A stretch of 64,000 bases of DNA from an uncultured Desulfospira sp. (lineage in GTDB: Bacteria > Desulfobacterota > Desulfobacteria > Desulfobacterales > Desulfobacteraceae): contig OY760175.1 of NCBI GenBank assembly GCA_963663165.1, positions 3,264,001 through 3,328,000 of the forward strand, written 5' to 3'. The notes under the pieces were generated by a model. That model did not search any database and was not told the DNA's origin. It saw nothing but the letters and a program-made list of their open reading frames with translations. A program made the position numbers and the translations under genes. This document shows, piece after piece, positions 8,841 to 18,620 of the stretch. Each line of letters starts with the position of its first letter. Position 1 is the first letter of the stretch.

Positions 8841-11800
8841 ATGTCTGAGATATTCCGAAAACTTGTTCTGGTTCCGGCATGTTTACTCCTGATGTTCCCG
8901 GTTCTTTGCCTGGGAGCGGACCGGCTTTACTTTGTCCATTTGGTGGAGCACGATCTGAGCAGCAATCCCAGGGTCATCCTGGAGTGGGGGCCCTTAGAGG
9001 GGAATGTGCCCGAAGAGATTGATTCCTTTAACCTTTACCGGTCCATCAATTCCGGCGATTTTGAACTGCTTGCCGCCATGGATTACCAGGTGGCCGATCC
9101 CCTGGCCATCCGGGATTTTGTGGAAAATGATTTCAATCAGGACCGGCAAGCGGAACTGATCCGGCTGCTCAACCAGATGAGCAGCGCCCAGACCCCGCCG
9201 GGCCCGGCCATTGACAAGACCAATTTCCCCGGCTTTATCCACAGCATCATTGACCCGGCCTCAGACACCTTCAATCCTCTCCAGCGCATGCTTTTGATCC
9301 GCTTTCATCCCGGGGTTGCCCGAGCCGCAGGCCTTGCCTTTATCGATGAGGCTCCGGGAGCCTTACCGGTGCAATACCTGCTTACCGCCACAGCCAATGG
9401 CACAGAATCTCTTCCCATCGGCAAAACCCCCAAGATGAGTACCAGCTTAGATACGGTTCTTCCCGCACCCCAGGGACTGGTCCAGGTCAGAACGGCGGGC
9501 TGCTCTCTGATCCGGAAAAACCTGGACGATCTGCGGGTCCACCTGAACTGGGCGGTGCCAAACCAGCCCCAGGACATTGGATTGAATATCCTGACATACG
9601 GCTATGACGTGTTCTGGGCCGAAACCGACCTGGGGGTGCTGGATTTCAGTGCCGGGATCCCCACGGGCCTTTACCGGGTGAACGAAAAACCCGTGGTGGT
9701 ATCGGGCCAGGCCCCGGAAGAAGAAAAAGACGGGTACCTGGTCCGGGATACAGCTGAAAATCATTTGACCGGGCCCGAATGGACCCGGGGCCAGACCTTT
9801 TATTACTATCTGGTGGCCCGGGACCTGGCCGGCAACTATTCCCAGGCCGCGGCCCCCATTGAGGCCACCGTGGTGGACGGCCAGCCCCCGGTATCCCCTT
9901 TCCGCCTTCACACCAAAGAGCTGTCTCAAATTTCAGGGGATGATGCCCTTCCCCGCCTGGCCCTGGTCTGGGACCAGATCAACCCGGTAAACTATATCCG
10001 GTACTACGGCACCAACCGGACCGTGTGTGGCACCGATGACCATGAGGTGTGCACGGCCCCTTCGGCCCAGGCCTGTTCCGATGAAACCCAGATCCGCTGT
10101 ATGGACCTTGATGTGGACCAATACCATGTGTTCCGGTTTGATTCCCCCCGGGAGGCGGCCGCCTGGGGAACGGATACCGACGGGGATTTATGGCCTGACG
10201 AGATAGAGGAAGATGAGGACACCGACCCCTGCGACCCGGACGAATTTCCCGACGACAGCCCGCCCTCTGAACGGGTGGCGGTCATTGACCAGACCGATAC
10301 CAATTTTCAAAACGCCCTTGCCGACAGGCATGTTCAGATGGTTTATGTGGACACGGATCTGGACGACACCATGTTGGACAAGGTCTTTTATTACCGGGTA
10401 ATGGCCCGGGACAGTTCCGGCAATTTGAGCCCCATGTCCGCCCCTATCAGGGGGGTCCTCTATGACCGGACCCAGCCCGAAGCTTCGGCAAGCCTTTCGG
10501 TTCTGGACTGTTCCTCCTTTTTTGCCGCCCATGAGGATACCACCGAATACGTTCAGGCAAGCGAGGTCTTAACCCTGGTGGACACCACGGGAAAAGCCGG
10601 CCGGTTTACCCTTTTCAGAGACTGCCAAAGTTCAACCCATATGATCTATGATGAGGCGGTCCTGTCCGGGTACATGGACAACGGGATGGCCATGATCAAC
10701 GCTGAAGACATCCCGGCCAGCCAGTGTGGAACAGAAGGGTGCGACGGGGGAACCACCCTGGGCTATTATGTGGTGTTCAAAGATACCAATGGATTTGCCA
10801 TGGCCCAGTCCGACACCTTTTCGATAACAAGCCTTTGTTCGGACTATAACGGTGCCGTGGTGCTGGACGGCAAATGCATCTGGAACACCCCCCTGCCCGG
10901 GGCCGTGGCAGACGGCGCCATCAAGGTCTGTGCCGATCTTTCCTTGGGGCAGACCGCACGGGTTTACCACGAAATTGCAGGAAAGATGTCCCCCATCCGG
11001 ACCATCGCCTATGCCCCGGATGCCGAAAACGATGATCTGTCCTGTGAGGAAATCTCCGACATGGCCGGGCTGACCGCTTCGGATCTGTGCCTTGGGGTAA
11101 GGGTATTCAGTGAAAACCATGTGGGATCGGGCATGGCTTACTTAAACTGCCTGACCGTTGCCGATGCCGACGCCTCCCCGCCCCCGGCCCCCCTGGTCCA
11201 GGGGGTGTTCAGCAAAGAAACTCAAGGAGAAGAACCCTATTTTGAACTCCGGTGGTCGGCCCCCTCACAAGGCATGGCCGGTTTTATTGTGTCTTTGACA
11301 AGCGATGCCGGAACCAAACAAAAGACCGTGTTTCCGGAAGCACCCGGTGATAACGGTCAGTTCAGCGCCGATATCATGCTGTCGGCCTCAACGGATCTGA
11401 ACACCGAGTGGTGCGTTAAAATGCGGGCCATCGGCACCGATATGAAGATGAGCGACTGGTCCGAGCAGACCTGCGCTGAGTGGACGGCCCAGGAGCCTGA
11501 AAGCTTAAGCTGGCCCCACGTGTCCCAGCCCCCCAAAACCGGCAATGTCCGGGCGGTCTTCATCAATGAAGGATCTTTAGGGGGACGGCCCGCCCTGGTG
11601 TTTAACCCGGATTTTACCACCACCTTGTCCGCCCTTGACTGCCAGTATTCCGATACCGGCAAATGCATAGACGAGGTCCCGGTCTGTACCGGCAGCAGCC
11701 TTTGTGTCGCCTGGCAGCAGGAAACCGACGGCACCATTATTGATACCCCGGTGGATTTTTCCAATGATGCGGCCGGCAATTATGTCTACGCCCTGGTGGG

Positions 11801-12188
11801 ACAGAAAAATTTTATCTTGTACCGGCAGGAGCAGGGCCGGGACTTTGTCCAGGTCTCTCCCCTCATCGAAGGGTTTAATTTCTCCCGCAAATCGGTTTAC
11901 GTTCACAACATTACCAATAATTTCTGGGAATGGCACCACTATTACAGGCTCAATAATCCCTTTTACTTTCTTCGCAACCTTGAGGAAAGCGCCATCGGCG
12001 GAACCGATCCGTTAACCGGGCTTGCCCTTGACCCGGCCGAATTTATTGGGGCCAGGATGCTGATCCTTGACCGGTATCCCTATACCCCCGGCACCACCGT
12101 CCGGTATAAAATGGTGTTCTTTGATCCCAAAACCCGCGAGCCGTCATCGGTTCAGACCAGCAACTGGCTCACACTGCCATCATTGTAA
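8841..12188 (+). CDS. Secreted multi-fibronectin-type-III-like protein
   Basis: Signal peptide (..VLCLGA|DRL). Repeated FN3 signatures LEW..FNLYRS, LNW..YDVF, YYYLVARDLAGNYS, YYRVMARDSSGNLS, LRWSAP..MSDWS. DTDGD motif. Confidence 0.8.
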   Translation: MSEIFRKLVLVPACLLLMFPVLCLGADRLYFVHLVEHDLSSNPRVILEWGPLEGNVPEEIDSFNLYRSINSGDFELLAAMDYQVADPLAIRDFVENDFNQDRQAELIRLLNQMSSAQTPPGPAIDKTNFPGFIHSIIDPASDTFNPLQRMLLIRFHPGVARAAGLAFIDEAPGALPVQYLLTATANGTESLPIGKTPKMSTSLDTVLPAPQGLVQVRTAGCSLIRKNLDDLRVHLNWAVPNQPQDIGLNILTYGYDVFWAETDLGVLDFSAGIPTGLYRVNEKPVVVSGQAPEEEKDGYLVRDTAENHLTGPEWTRGQTFYYYLVARDLAGNYSQAAAPIEATVVDGQPPVSPFRLHTKELSQISGDDALPRLALVWDQINPVNYIRYYGTNRTVCGTDDHEVCTAPSAQACSDETQIRCMDLDVDQYHVFRFDSPREAAAWGTDTDGDLWPDEIEEDEDTDPCDPDEFPDDSPPSERVAVIDQTDTNFQNALADRHVQMVYVDTDLDDTMLDKVFYYRVMARDSSGNLSPMSAPIRGVLYDRTQPEASASLSVLDCSSFFAAHEDTTEYVQASEVLTLVDTTGKAGRFTLFRDCQSSTHMIYDEAVLSGYMDNGMAMINAEDIPASQCGTEGCDGGTTLGYYVVFKDTNGFAMAQSDTFSITSLCSDYNGAVVLDGKCIWNTPLPGAVADGAIKVCADLSLGQTARVYHEIAGKMSPIRTIAYAPDAENDDLSCEEISDMAGLTASDLCLGVRVFSENHVGSGMAYLNCLTVADADASPPPAPLVQGVFSKETQGEEPYFELRWSAPSQGMAGFIVSLTSDAGTKQKTVFPEAPGDNGQFSADIMLSASTDLNTEWCVKMRAIGTDMKMSDWSEQTCAEWTAQEPESLSWPHVSQPPKTGNVRAVFINEGSLGGRPALVFNPDFTTTLSALDCQYSDTGKCIDEVPVCTGSSLCVAWQQETDGTIIDTPVDFSNDAAGNYVYALVGQKNFILYRQEQGRDFVQVSPLIEGFNFSRKSVYVHNITNNFWEWHHYYRLNNPFYFLRNLEESAIGGTDPLTGLALDPAEFIGARMLILDRYPYTPGTTVRYKMVFFDPKTREPSSVQTSNWLTLPSL

Positions 12189-12200
12189 GGAAAGATAAAG

Positions 12201-15200
12201 ATGATCCATCTGACCCGTATCATCCCCCGGTTGAAACCCTTTTTGTGGGTTGTTCTGATGGTCCTGCTGTGCCCCTCATGGGCGGCGGCATGGGATCAAA
12301 CCCTCCATGAAAATATCCTGGTGTTTGACGAGACCGGCCAGCCCGTGGCCGGATACCATACCGGCAACTGGTCCACAAAGGTGGATACTTCAGGACTGGT
12401 GCGCTTTGAGCTGTGGACCCAGGGGTCCCCGCCCGCCCTTTCAGGCCCGGGAACAGACGCCATCACCCTGGAAGCAGGACAGGTGGCGGTTCCCAACTAT
12501 ACCCCGGGCAGCAGTGTGGCCCCTTCATCCGGGGTTCCGGCGGTTTCCCTGTACAGCTTTGATGCATCGGTATTTCCCTCAACGGCTCCGGGAAAAGTGC
12601 CGGGCATTTCCATCACCCCCACCCCCGGGTCCTACACCCATACCCTGGCGGTGGAACTGACGGCTTATGCCTTAGAAGGCGATCCCGTGGTTCAGATCAA
12701 AAATGCGGCCGGGACCTGGGAGGACAGGGGAAATCCCTGTGTGATCTATATTTCCCGGGACAGGGTTATCCAGGCCCGGGCATCCAATGACGGCAACTAT
12801 TCCGATGAAAAGACCTATTCTTATACAGTGTCCCAGCCGGCCCTGGTGGACTCGGATTCCGACGGCATCCCCGATGTCTGGGAGATCCAGTTCGGGTTCA
12901 ATCCCCTCTCTTCAAAAGAAAACCCCCTTGATGTGGACACGGACCTGGACGGGGTTTCGGACTTTGATGAAATTTTGCGGGGGACGGACCCGAAAAACAA
13001 CGGCTCCGTACCCGTTGACAGAGATCTTGACGGGTGGAGCGACCTGGATGAAACCTTAAGGGGGACCAGCCCCACAACCCGCCGGGATACGCCTACCGCC
13101 ACCCGGCTCTACGAAATAGAGACCAAGACGTCCGGGACCTTCCTGGACCATGAAGGGAGCTCGCTTGCCCTGGCCGTTTTCGAAGTGGAAACCGTGAACG
13201 GCGAGGAAAGGGCCCAGGGCCAGGCCGATGACTCAGGCAATTATTCCTGCCGGATCCCCAGGGGAACCGAAACGGTGATCCGGGTGGTTTCAAACCTGAA
13301 TTCCGCCTATACCATGAAACGGTTCTTTCCCGATATGGCCGATCTCACGCCTGCCGACATGGTGTTTACGGAAGAGGACTGCACCGGCGGCGATCCCTCT
13401 TTATACTGGCAGGAGTGGCAGAGCGCCTGGTGGGCATACCTTGGCGAACATCTGGTGGTGACCGAAAAATATGTGCCCGTTGATCCCTCTTTTACGGTTG
13501 TGGTGGGGCTGCTTGAACGACAGCTTGAAATCCTCACCGGCGCAGTCCCCGAAGAAGTTCTGTACAGCCTGCCTGAAGGGACCCCGGAAGAATTCTGGCT
13601 CTCCTTTGCCCTTTTCGGCCACCGGCCGGCACCTTCGGTGGTGGAAGCCCTTAAAACCATGATCGCAAGCCCCCGGACCCTGGCCTTTGATGAAGACCGG
13701 ATCCAGCCGCCCCGGACCCTGAGCAATCTTGTGGAAGATATAGAAACCCTCATGGCCCAGCCCTGCCAGACCCTGGCCTCCCAGGCGGCGTCCCTTTATG
13801 AGGACACATCTTCAGGGGATTTAATGGATGACAGAATGTCCCGGCTCCTCCAGGGGTCTGAAGGCACCTATCTTTCCGGACTGCTCATGGCCTATGCCAT
13901 GGATGCCGTCACCGGATATTCCGTTAATCTGTGCCATGTGCTGGACCCCCTTGAAGACAGTGACCAGGACGGGATTGCCAACGGCATGGAAACGGCAACA
14001 GCCCTGCTGCCCCACGGCGTTTCAGACCCCTTTGCCCTGGATACCGACACCGACGGCATCACCGATGACCAGGACAACTGTACCCTGGTTTATAATCCGG
14101 ACCAATTGGACCGGGATCAGGACGGGGCCGGAGACCTGTGTGACAGCGATGACGACAATGACGGCCTTGACGACGAGATTGAAACCGCTTTCGGGTCCAA
14201 TCCCTATGACGACGACACGGATGATGACGGAGAAAAGGACCTTGCCGAGTGGCAGGCCGCCTCAGATCCGGGCATTGCCGTTTACCTGACCCATTTTACC
14301 TCCCCCTCCAACCAGACCGGACAGACCGTGACCGGATTCAGGGAAGAAAATGCCACGGTTTTACTTGCCATCACCGGTGGTGCTACCCTTGGAACAGTGC
14401 TTTACCCCACCCCCACCACCTTTTCCTGCGCCCTGTCCGATATGACCGGAGAGGGCAGCTATACCTTAAGTCTTACCGGAAGCGACGGTACGGGCAGAGA
14501 GGGAATCAGCACCCAGGAAATCCAGGTTGATCTGACCGCTCCGGTGGTGGACATCACCTCTCCCGAAGACGGTTCGGTTCTGGACCTCAACACCCCCCTG
14601 CTGGTATTTTCAGCCTCAGAAGGCTCGGTTCTGGTCCGGGTAGACGAAGAGACCGTCTCCATTGATTCAGGAGAGGCCCTTTCCGCGCTCACAGAGGGAG
14701 ACCATCTTATCCGCATCACCGCCGTGGATGGGGCCGGCAACACCGGATTTGATGAAATCACCTTTACCGTTGACGCCAACCGGCCGCCCCTGGCCCATGC
14801 CGGGCCGGATCAGACCGTTGCCCCGGACGCACCGGTCTCCTTAAGCGGGGTAAACACCATAGATCTGGACAATGGAATCACGGGCTTTGCCTGGCAGCAG
14901 ACCGCAGGCGAAACCGTCACCCTCACCGGCAGCGATACCTCCCTGGCCGCCTTTACCGCCCCGCTGACCCAAGGGGCCATGGCCTTTGAACTCACGGTCA
15001 CCGACGAATCCGGGGAAACCGCCACGGCCCGCTGTCTGGTCAATGTATCTGATGACAACCTGCCCCCCACAGCCGATGCGGGAGACGATATGACCGTCCT
15101 TCCTGCCACTGTCATTCAGCTGGACGGATCCGCCTCCCTGGACCCCGAAGCCCAGAATCTGACCTTTTCCTGGCAACAGGCGGCAGGGCCGGGGGTTGTC

Positions 15201-15743
15201 TTAAGCGATACAAGCCTTGCATCCCCGGAATTTACCGCCCCGTCCCCGGCAGATGACGGCGCCTCCCTGATTTTTGAACTCACGGTCACCGATGGGGAAG
15301 GCCTCATGGCCCGGGACCAGGTGGTGGTGTCCGTGAAAGGCACCAACACCGCGCCCCTGGCCAATGCCGGTCCGGACCAGGAGGTAGACCCCGGGCAGGT
15401 AGTGATCCTTTCGGGCAGCCAGTCCCAGGACAGTGACGGCACCCTTGAGACAAGCCAGTGGCAGGATATTTCAGGAAATCCCGTCACCCTGGATGGCCCG
15501 GGCGCATTGACCACCACCTTTACGGCCCCTGAAACAGCCTCGCTTTTTACAACGCTCCGGCTGCGGCTCACCGTAACGGACAACGCAGGCCTTCTGGATC
15601 AGGATGAACTGGACATCACCATTGTCCGGATGGACCAGGACGATGACCTGGATGTGGACGGGAAAGACCTGTTTTGGCTGATTCAACAGCCCGGTCTTTC
15701 CAGAGATTCCATCAAGGCCTTTGCTGAACGGTTCGGGCTGTAA
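12201..15743 (+). CDS. Secreted surface protein: chitobiase-C-like segment, thrombospondin type-3-like DxDxDG repeats, Ig-like domains, three PKD-like domains, C-terminal dockerin/EF-hand-like motif
   Basis: Signal peptide (..SWAAA|W). TPTPGSYT segment. Many DSDSDG/DTDTDG/DQDNC..NPDQ repeats. Three AxAGxDxxV..F.WQQ..F.LTVTD units. Ends DQDDDLDVDGKDL..FAERFGL. Confidence 0.85.
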   Translation: MIHLTRIIPRLKPFLWVVLMVLLCPSWAAAWDQTLHENILVFDETGQPVAGYHTGNWSTKVDTSGLVRFELWTQGSPPALSGPGTDAITLEAGQVAVPNYTPGSSVAPSSGVPAVSLYSFDASVFPSTAPGKVPGISITPTPGSYTHTLAVELTAYALEGDPVVQIKNAAGTWEDRGNPCVIYISRDRVIQARASNDGNYSDEKTYSYTVSQPALVDSDSDGIPDVWEIQFGFNPLSSKENPLDVDTDLDGVSDFDEILRGTDPKNNGSVPVDRDLDGWSDLDETLRGTSPTTRRDTPTATRLYEIETKTSGTFLDHEGSSLALAVFEVETVNGEERAQGQADDSGNYSCRIPRGTETVIRVVSNLNSAYTMKRFFPDMADLTPADMVFTEEDCTGGDPSLYWQEWQSAWWAYLGEHLVVTEKYVPVDPSFTVVVGLLERQLEILTGAVPEEVLYSLPEGTPEEFWLSFALFGHRPAPSVVEALKTMIASPRTLAFDEDRIQPPRTLSNLVEDIETLMAQPCQTLASQAASLYEDTSSGDLMDDRMSRLLQGSEGTYLSGLLMAYAMDAVTGYSVNLCHVLDPLEDSDQDGIANGMETATALLPHGVSDPFALDTDTDGITDDQDNCTLVYNPDQLDRDQDGAGDLCDSDDDNDGLDDEIETAFGSNPYDDDTDDDGEKDLAEWQAASDPGIAVYLTHFTSPSNQTGQTVTGFREENATVLLAITGGATLGTVLYPTPTTFSCALSDMTGEGSYTLSLTGSDGTGREGISTQEIQVDLTAPVVDITSPEDGSVLDLNTPLLVFSASEGSVLVRVDEETVSIDSGEALSALTEGDHLIRITAVDGAGNTGFDEITFTVDANRPPLAHAGPDQTVAPDAPVSLSGVNTIDLDNGITGFAWQQTAGETVTLTGSDTSLAAFTAPLTQGAMAFELTVTDESGETATARCLVNVSDDNLPPTADAGDDMTVLPATVIQLDGSASLDPEAQNLTFSWQQAAGPGVVLSDTSLASPEFTAPSPADDGASLIFELTVTDGEGLMARDQVVVSVKGTNTAPLANAGPDQEVDPGQVVILSGSQSQDSDGTLETSQWQDISGNPVTLDGPGALTTTFTAPETASLFTTLRLRLTVTDNAGLLDQDELDITIVRMDQDDDLDVDGKDLFWLIQQPGLSRDSIKAFAERFGL

Positions 15744-16034
15744 AGAGATTTGGCTGTTTCATAAAAAGGGGACCATCGCAATCATTTCCATGCTGAAGTG
15801 ACGGTGAATTTGTTCTAACCACAAATTAACTAATTTTAGGCCCTTCGAGTTGTTAATTTCACCCTGATGGTCCCCCCCGAATTGAAATTTTTAAAAAAAT
15901 CGCTTACATTTTTCGCCGATTCATACTATAGATAATAACTACCATTTATTATGCCTAAAATTTGTAACGTTAGCGAAGGCCCATTACGGGAACATAACAC
16001 CGTATATTCCTTATTATTTTAGGAGTATTTATTA

Positions 16035-17699
16035 ATGCCGGATAAGCCAACGTACGAACAATTGGAACAGCGCGTCAAAGACCTTGAGCAAAATGAGATT
16101 AAGCACCAGCGGATTGAAAAAGAGCTGAAAATAAGTAAAAAATTACTCCGGGACGTCATGGATATGGCCCCTGTCTTTATCTGCGCTAAAAATATGGATG
16201 GAAAATTCATTCTGGCCAACAAGAAACTGGCGGATTTTTACCAGACAACGGTTGATGAAATTTTAAAAGGGGCCCATGCCGACATCTGCGAAGACAAAGA
16301 CGAACTAAGGTCAATGATTGCCGATGACCATGAAGTGATTAACAGCGGCAAGCCCAAACTTATTTCAGAGGAAACCATGAAATCCCCGGACGGGCAGGTT
16401 GTCATACTTGAAACCTGCAAAATCCCTTTCACAGCCTATGATGACCCGGCGGTTTTAATAGTCGCCACCGATATCACCGCCCGGAAACGCGATGAGGAAG
16501 AACGGAAAAAACTTGAGGACCAGATCCGGCATTCCCAGAAACTTGAATCTTTAGGCCGCCTGGCCGGGGGCGTTGCCCATGACCTGAACAACCTGCTGTC
16601 GCCGATTCTCGGGTATAGCGAACTCCTTTTTTATAACGCTAAAGAAAATGATAAGCACAAGGAATTCATTGAGCAGATCATACAGGCCAGCCGGCGGGCC
16701 AAAGATATTGTCCGCCAGCTGCTCACCTTCAGCAGAAAGCAGCCCCTTGAATTCAAAGATATTGATATAAACAAAATCTTGGCCCGGTTTGAAAAACTGC
16801 TGGTCCGGACCCTGAGAGAGGATATCACGGTCAACATAAAGCCGGCCCCCCATGTGCCCATGATCCTTGGCGATATCGGACAGCTTGAACAGGTGATCAT
16901 GAACCTGAGTGTCAATGCCCAGGACGCCATGGCCGAAGGCGGCACCCTGATCTTTGAAACATCTTTCAAAGAAGTGGGGAGAAACACAAGCTGCTTTGAT
17001 GAGAAAGTCATACCGGGAAAATATGTGGTGCTGAGCGTCAGCGACAACGGATGCGGCATGGATGATGAAACCCGCCGGAATCTGTTTGATCCTTTTTTTT
17101 CAACAAAGGGGAATCGCGGTACCGGTTTGGGACTTTCAATGGTTTACGGCATTATCAAACAGCATGGCGGATATGTTTTTGTGAACAGTAAACCGGGCAA
17201 AGGGAGTACATTTAACATTTACCTGCCCGCATCCCGGGAAATAGAAATGAAACTGGAAAATGACGCTGCCATTGCACCGAACCTGTACGGAAATGAAACC
17301 ATTCTAATCGTAGAAGATAACCCCCAGGTCAGGAAGGTGGCCCACGATATTCTCATGCTCCATGGATATACGGTCCTGGAAGCCGAGAATGGAGAACGTG
17401 CCATGGAGATTCTAAATGAGTATGAAGAACCGGTACACCTGGTCCTGACCGATGTTATCATGCCCAAAATGGATGGAAAAAAACTGGCCGATCAAATAGC
17501 GGATTCTGATCCTGAAGTGAAAATTTTATACATGTCCGGTTATACCGACGACATGATTGCCCATCACGGCGTACTGAATGGGGACTTGAACTTTATCCAG
17601 AAGCCGTTTTCCCTCCAGGCCCTGTCCATTAAAATCCGGGAAGTGCTGGACAGCTGTGAAACCGCCACTGGACAAAGTTTGCCGCCGGCAATGCCCTAA
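16035..17699 (+). CDS. PAS-domain hybrid sensor histidine kinase / response regulator
   Basis: PAS, AHDLNNLL H-box, NLSVNAQDAM, DNGCGM, GTGLGL, receiver (ILIVED..LTDVIMP..KPF). Confidence 0.95.
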   Translation: MPDKPTYEQLEQRVKDLEQNEIKHQRIEKELKISKKLLRDVMDMAPVFICAKNMDGKFILANKKLADFYQTTVDEILKGAHADICEDKDELRSMIADDHEVINSGKPKLISEETMKSPDGQVVILETCKIPFTAYDDPAVLIVATDITARKRDEEERKKLEDQIRHSQKLESLGRLAGGVAHDLNNLLSPILGYSELLFYNAKENDKHKEFIEQIIQASRRAKDIVRQLLTFSRKQPLEFKDIDINKILARFEKLLVRTLREDITVNIKPAPHVPMILGDIGQLEQVIMNLSVNAQDAMAEGGTLIFETSFKEVGRNTSCFDEKVIPGKYVVLSVSDNGCGMDDETRRNLFDPFFSTKGNRGTGLGLSMVYGIIKQHGGYVFVNSKPGKGSTFNIYLPASREIEMKLENDAAIAPNLYGNETILIVEDNPQVRKVAHDILMLHGYTVLEAENGERAMEILNEYEEPVHLVLTDVIMPKMDGKKLADQIADSDPEVKILYMSGYTDDMIAHHGVLNGDLNFIQKPFSLQALSIKIREVLDSCETATGQSLPPAMP

Positions 17700-17782
17700 G
17701 AATTTTATCGGTGGCCGTTGGTTGGATTTTATTCAACCGGCTTAAAAATTGATACCGTGGTCAGGAAAAAAAGTTCGGATAC

Positions 17783-18436
17783 ATGAAGTTCTCATCTTTA
17801 TTAATCTCGGTCAAAACAAACCTGTCGCGCAAAGCCGGGATCCTGGCGGACTGGGTCCAGGGGTATGATTTCACAAGGGGGATGAAACCTGAAGATGCCG
17901 GTCTTGACCCCCGCTGTTCATATGGGTATGGCCCTTCGGGCAACAAATATTTGAAGCGCCTCTTAACTGTTCTTAAGATTACATCACGGGATGCTGTGAT
18001 AGACATCGGGTGCGGAAAAGGCAGCGGCATGAAAACCATGCTTAATTTTTCATTTTCCCGGGTGGACGGCGTTGAGTTGTCGGACCGGATCGCCCGGATT
18101 GGTATTCGAAATTTTAAACGGCTCCACGCGGACAGGGTAAAAATATTTATTTGCAACGCCGCCCTGTTTTCAGCATATGACGCTTACAATTTTGCGTATT
18201 TGTACAATCCGTTTCCCTGCCAGGTCATGGCGCAGGTGGTTAAGCGTTTAGAACGGTCCGTCCATCGCTCGCCAAGGGAATTTGTGATCATATATAACAA
18301 TGCGGTTTGCCACGAAACCGTTATTGCCCAAGGCGTATTTAATAAAAAAGGGGTTTCCCCGGACCAGTGGGGCAACGGGATAACCCTTTACTCAAATCGG
18401 GACGGTCAGAACTCCAGACTTTTTTGGTATCTTTGA
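17783..18436 (+). CDS. Class I SAM-dependent methyltransferase
   Basis: VIDIGCGKG motif I, GVELS, YLYNPF. Confidence 0.8.
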   Translation: MKFSSLLISVKTNLSRKAGILADWVQGYDFTRGMKPEDAGLDPRCSYGYGPSGNKYLKRLLTVLKITSRDAVIDIGCGKGSGMKTMLNFSFSRVDGVELSDRIARIGIRNFKRLHADRVKIFICNAALFSAYDAYNFAYLYNPFPCQVMAQVVKRLERSVHRSPREFVIIYNNAVCHETVIAQGVFNKKGVSPDQWGNGITLYSNRDGQNSRLFWYL

Positions 18437-18572
18437 GAATGGTGCCAACCCTTCCCCGCCGCTGGCCTGAAAGCGGAAAAATTGGTTTCCCGGGATGAAA
18501 ATTTTGTAATCGGTCTTTTTGATTTATCGGGTGATTTTTAAAATATCTCTTTAAAATCAATCCATTATGCTT

Positions 18573-18588
18573 TGGCATGCCTTTTGCC
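18573..18588 (+). promoter_or_regulatory. Sigma-54 promoter of the GT2 gene
   Basis: TGGCATGCCTTTTGCC, GG-N10-GC, about 35 bp before the AAGGAG RBS and ATG. Confidence 0.75.
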
Positions 18589-18620
18589 ACATCGGGTAGT
18601 GGATTTAACTTAAAGGAGAT

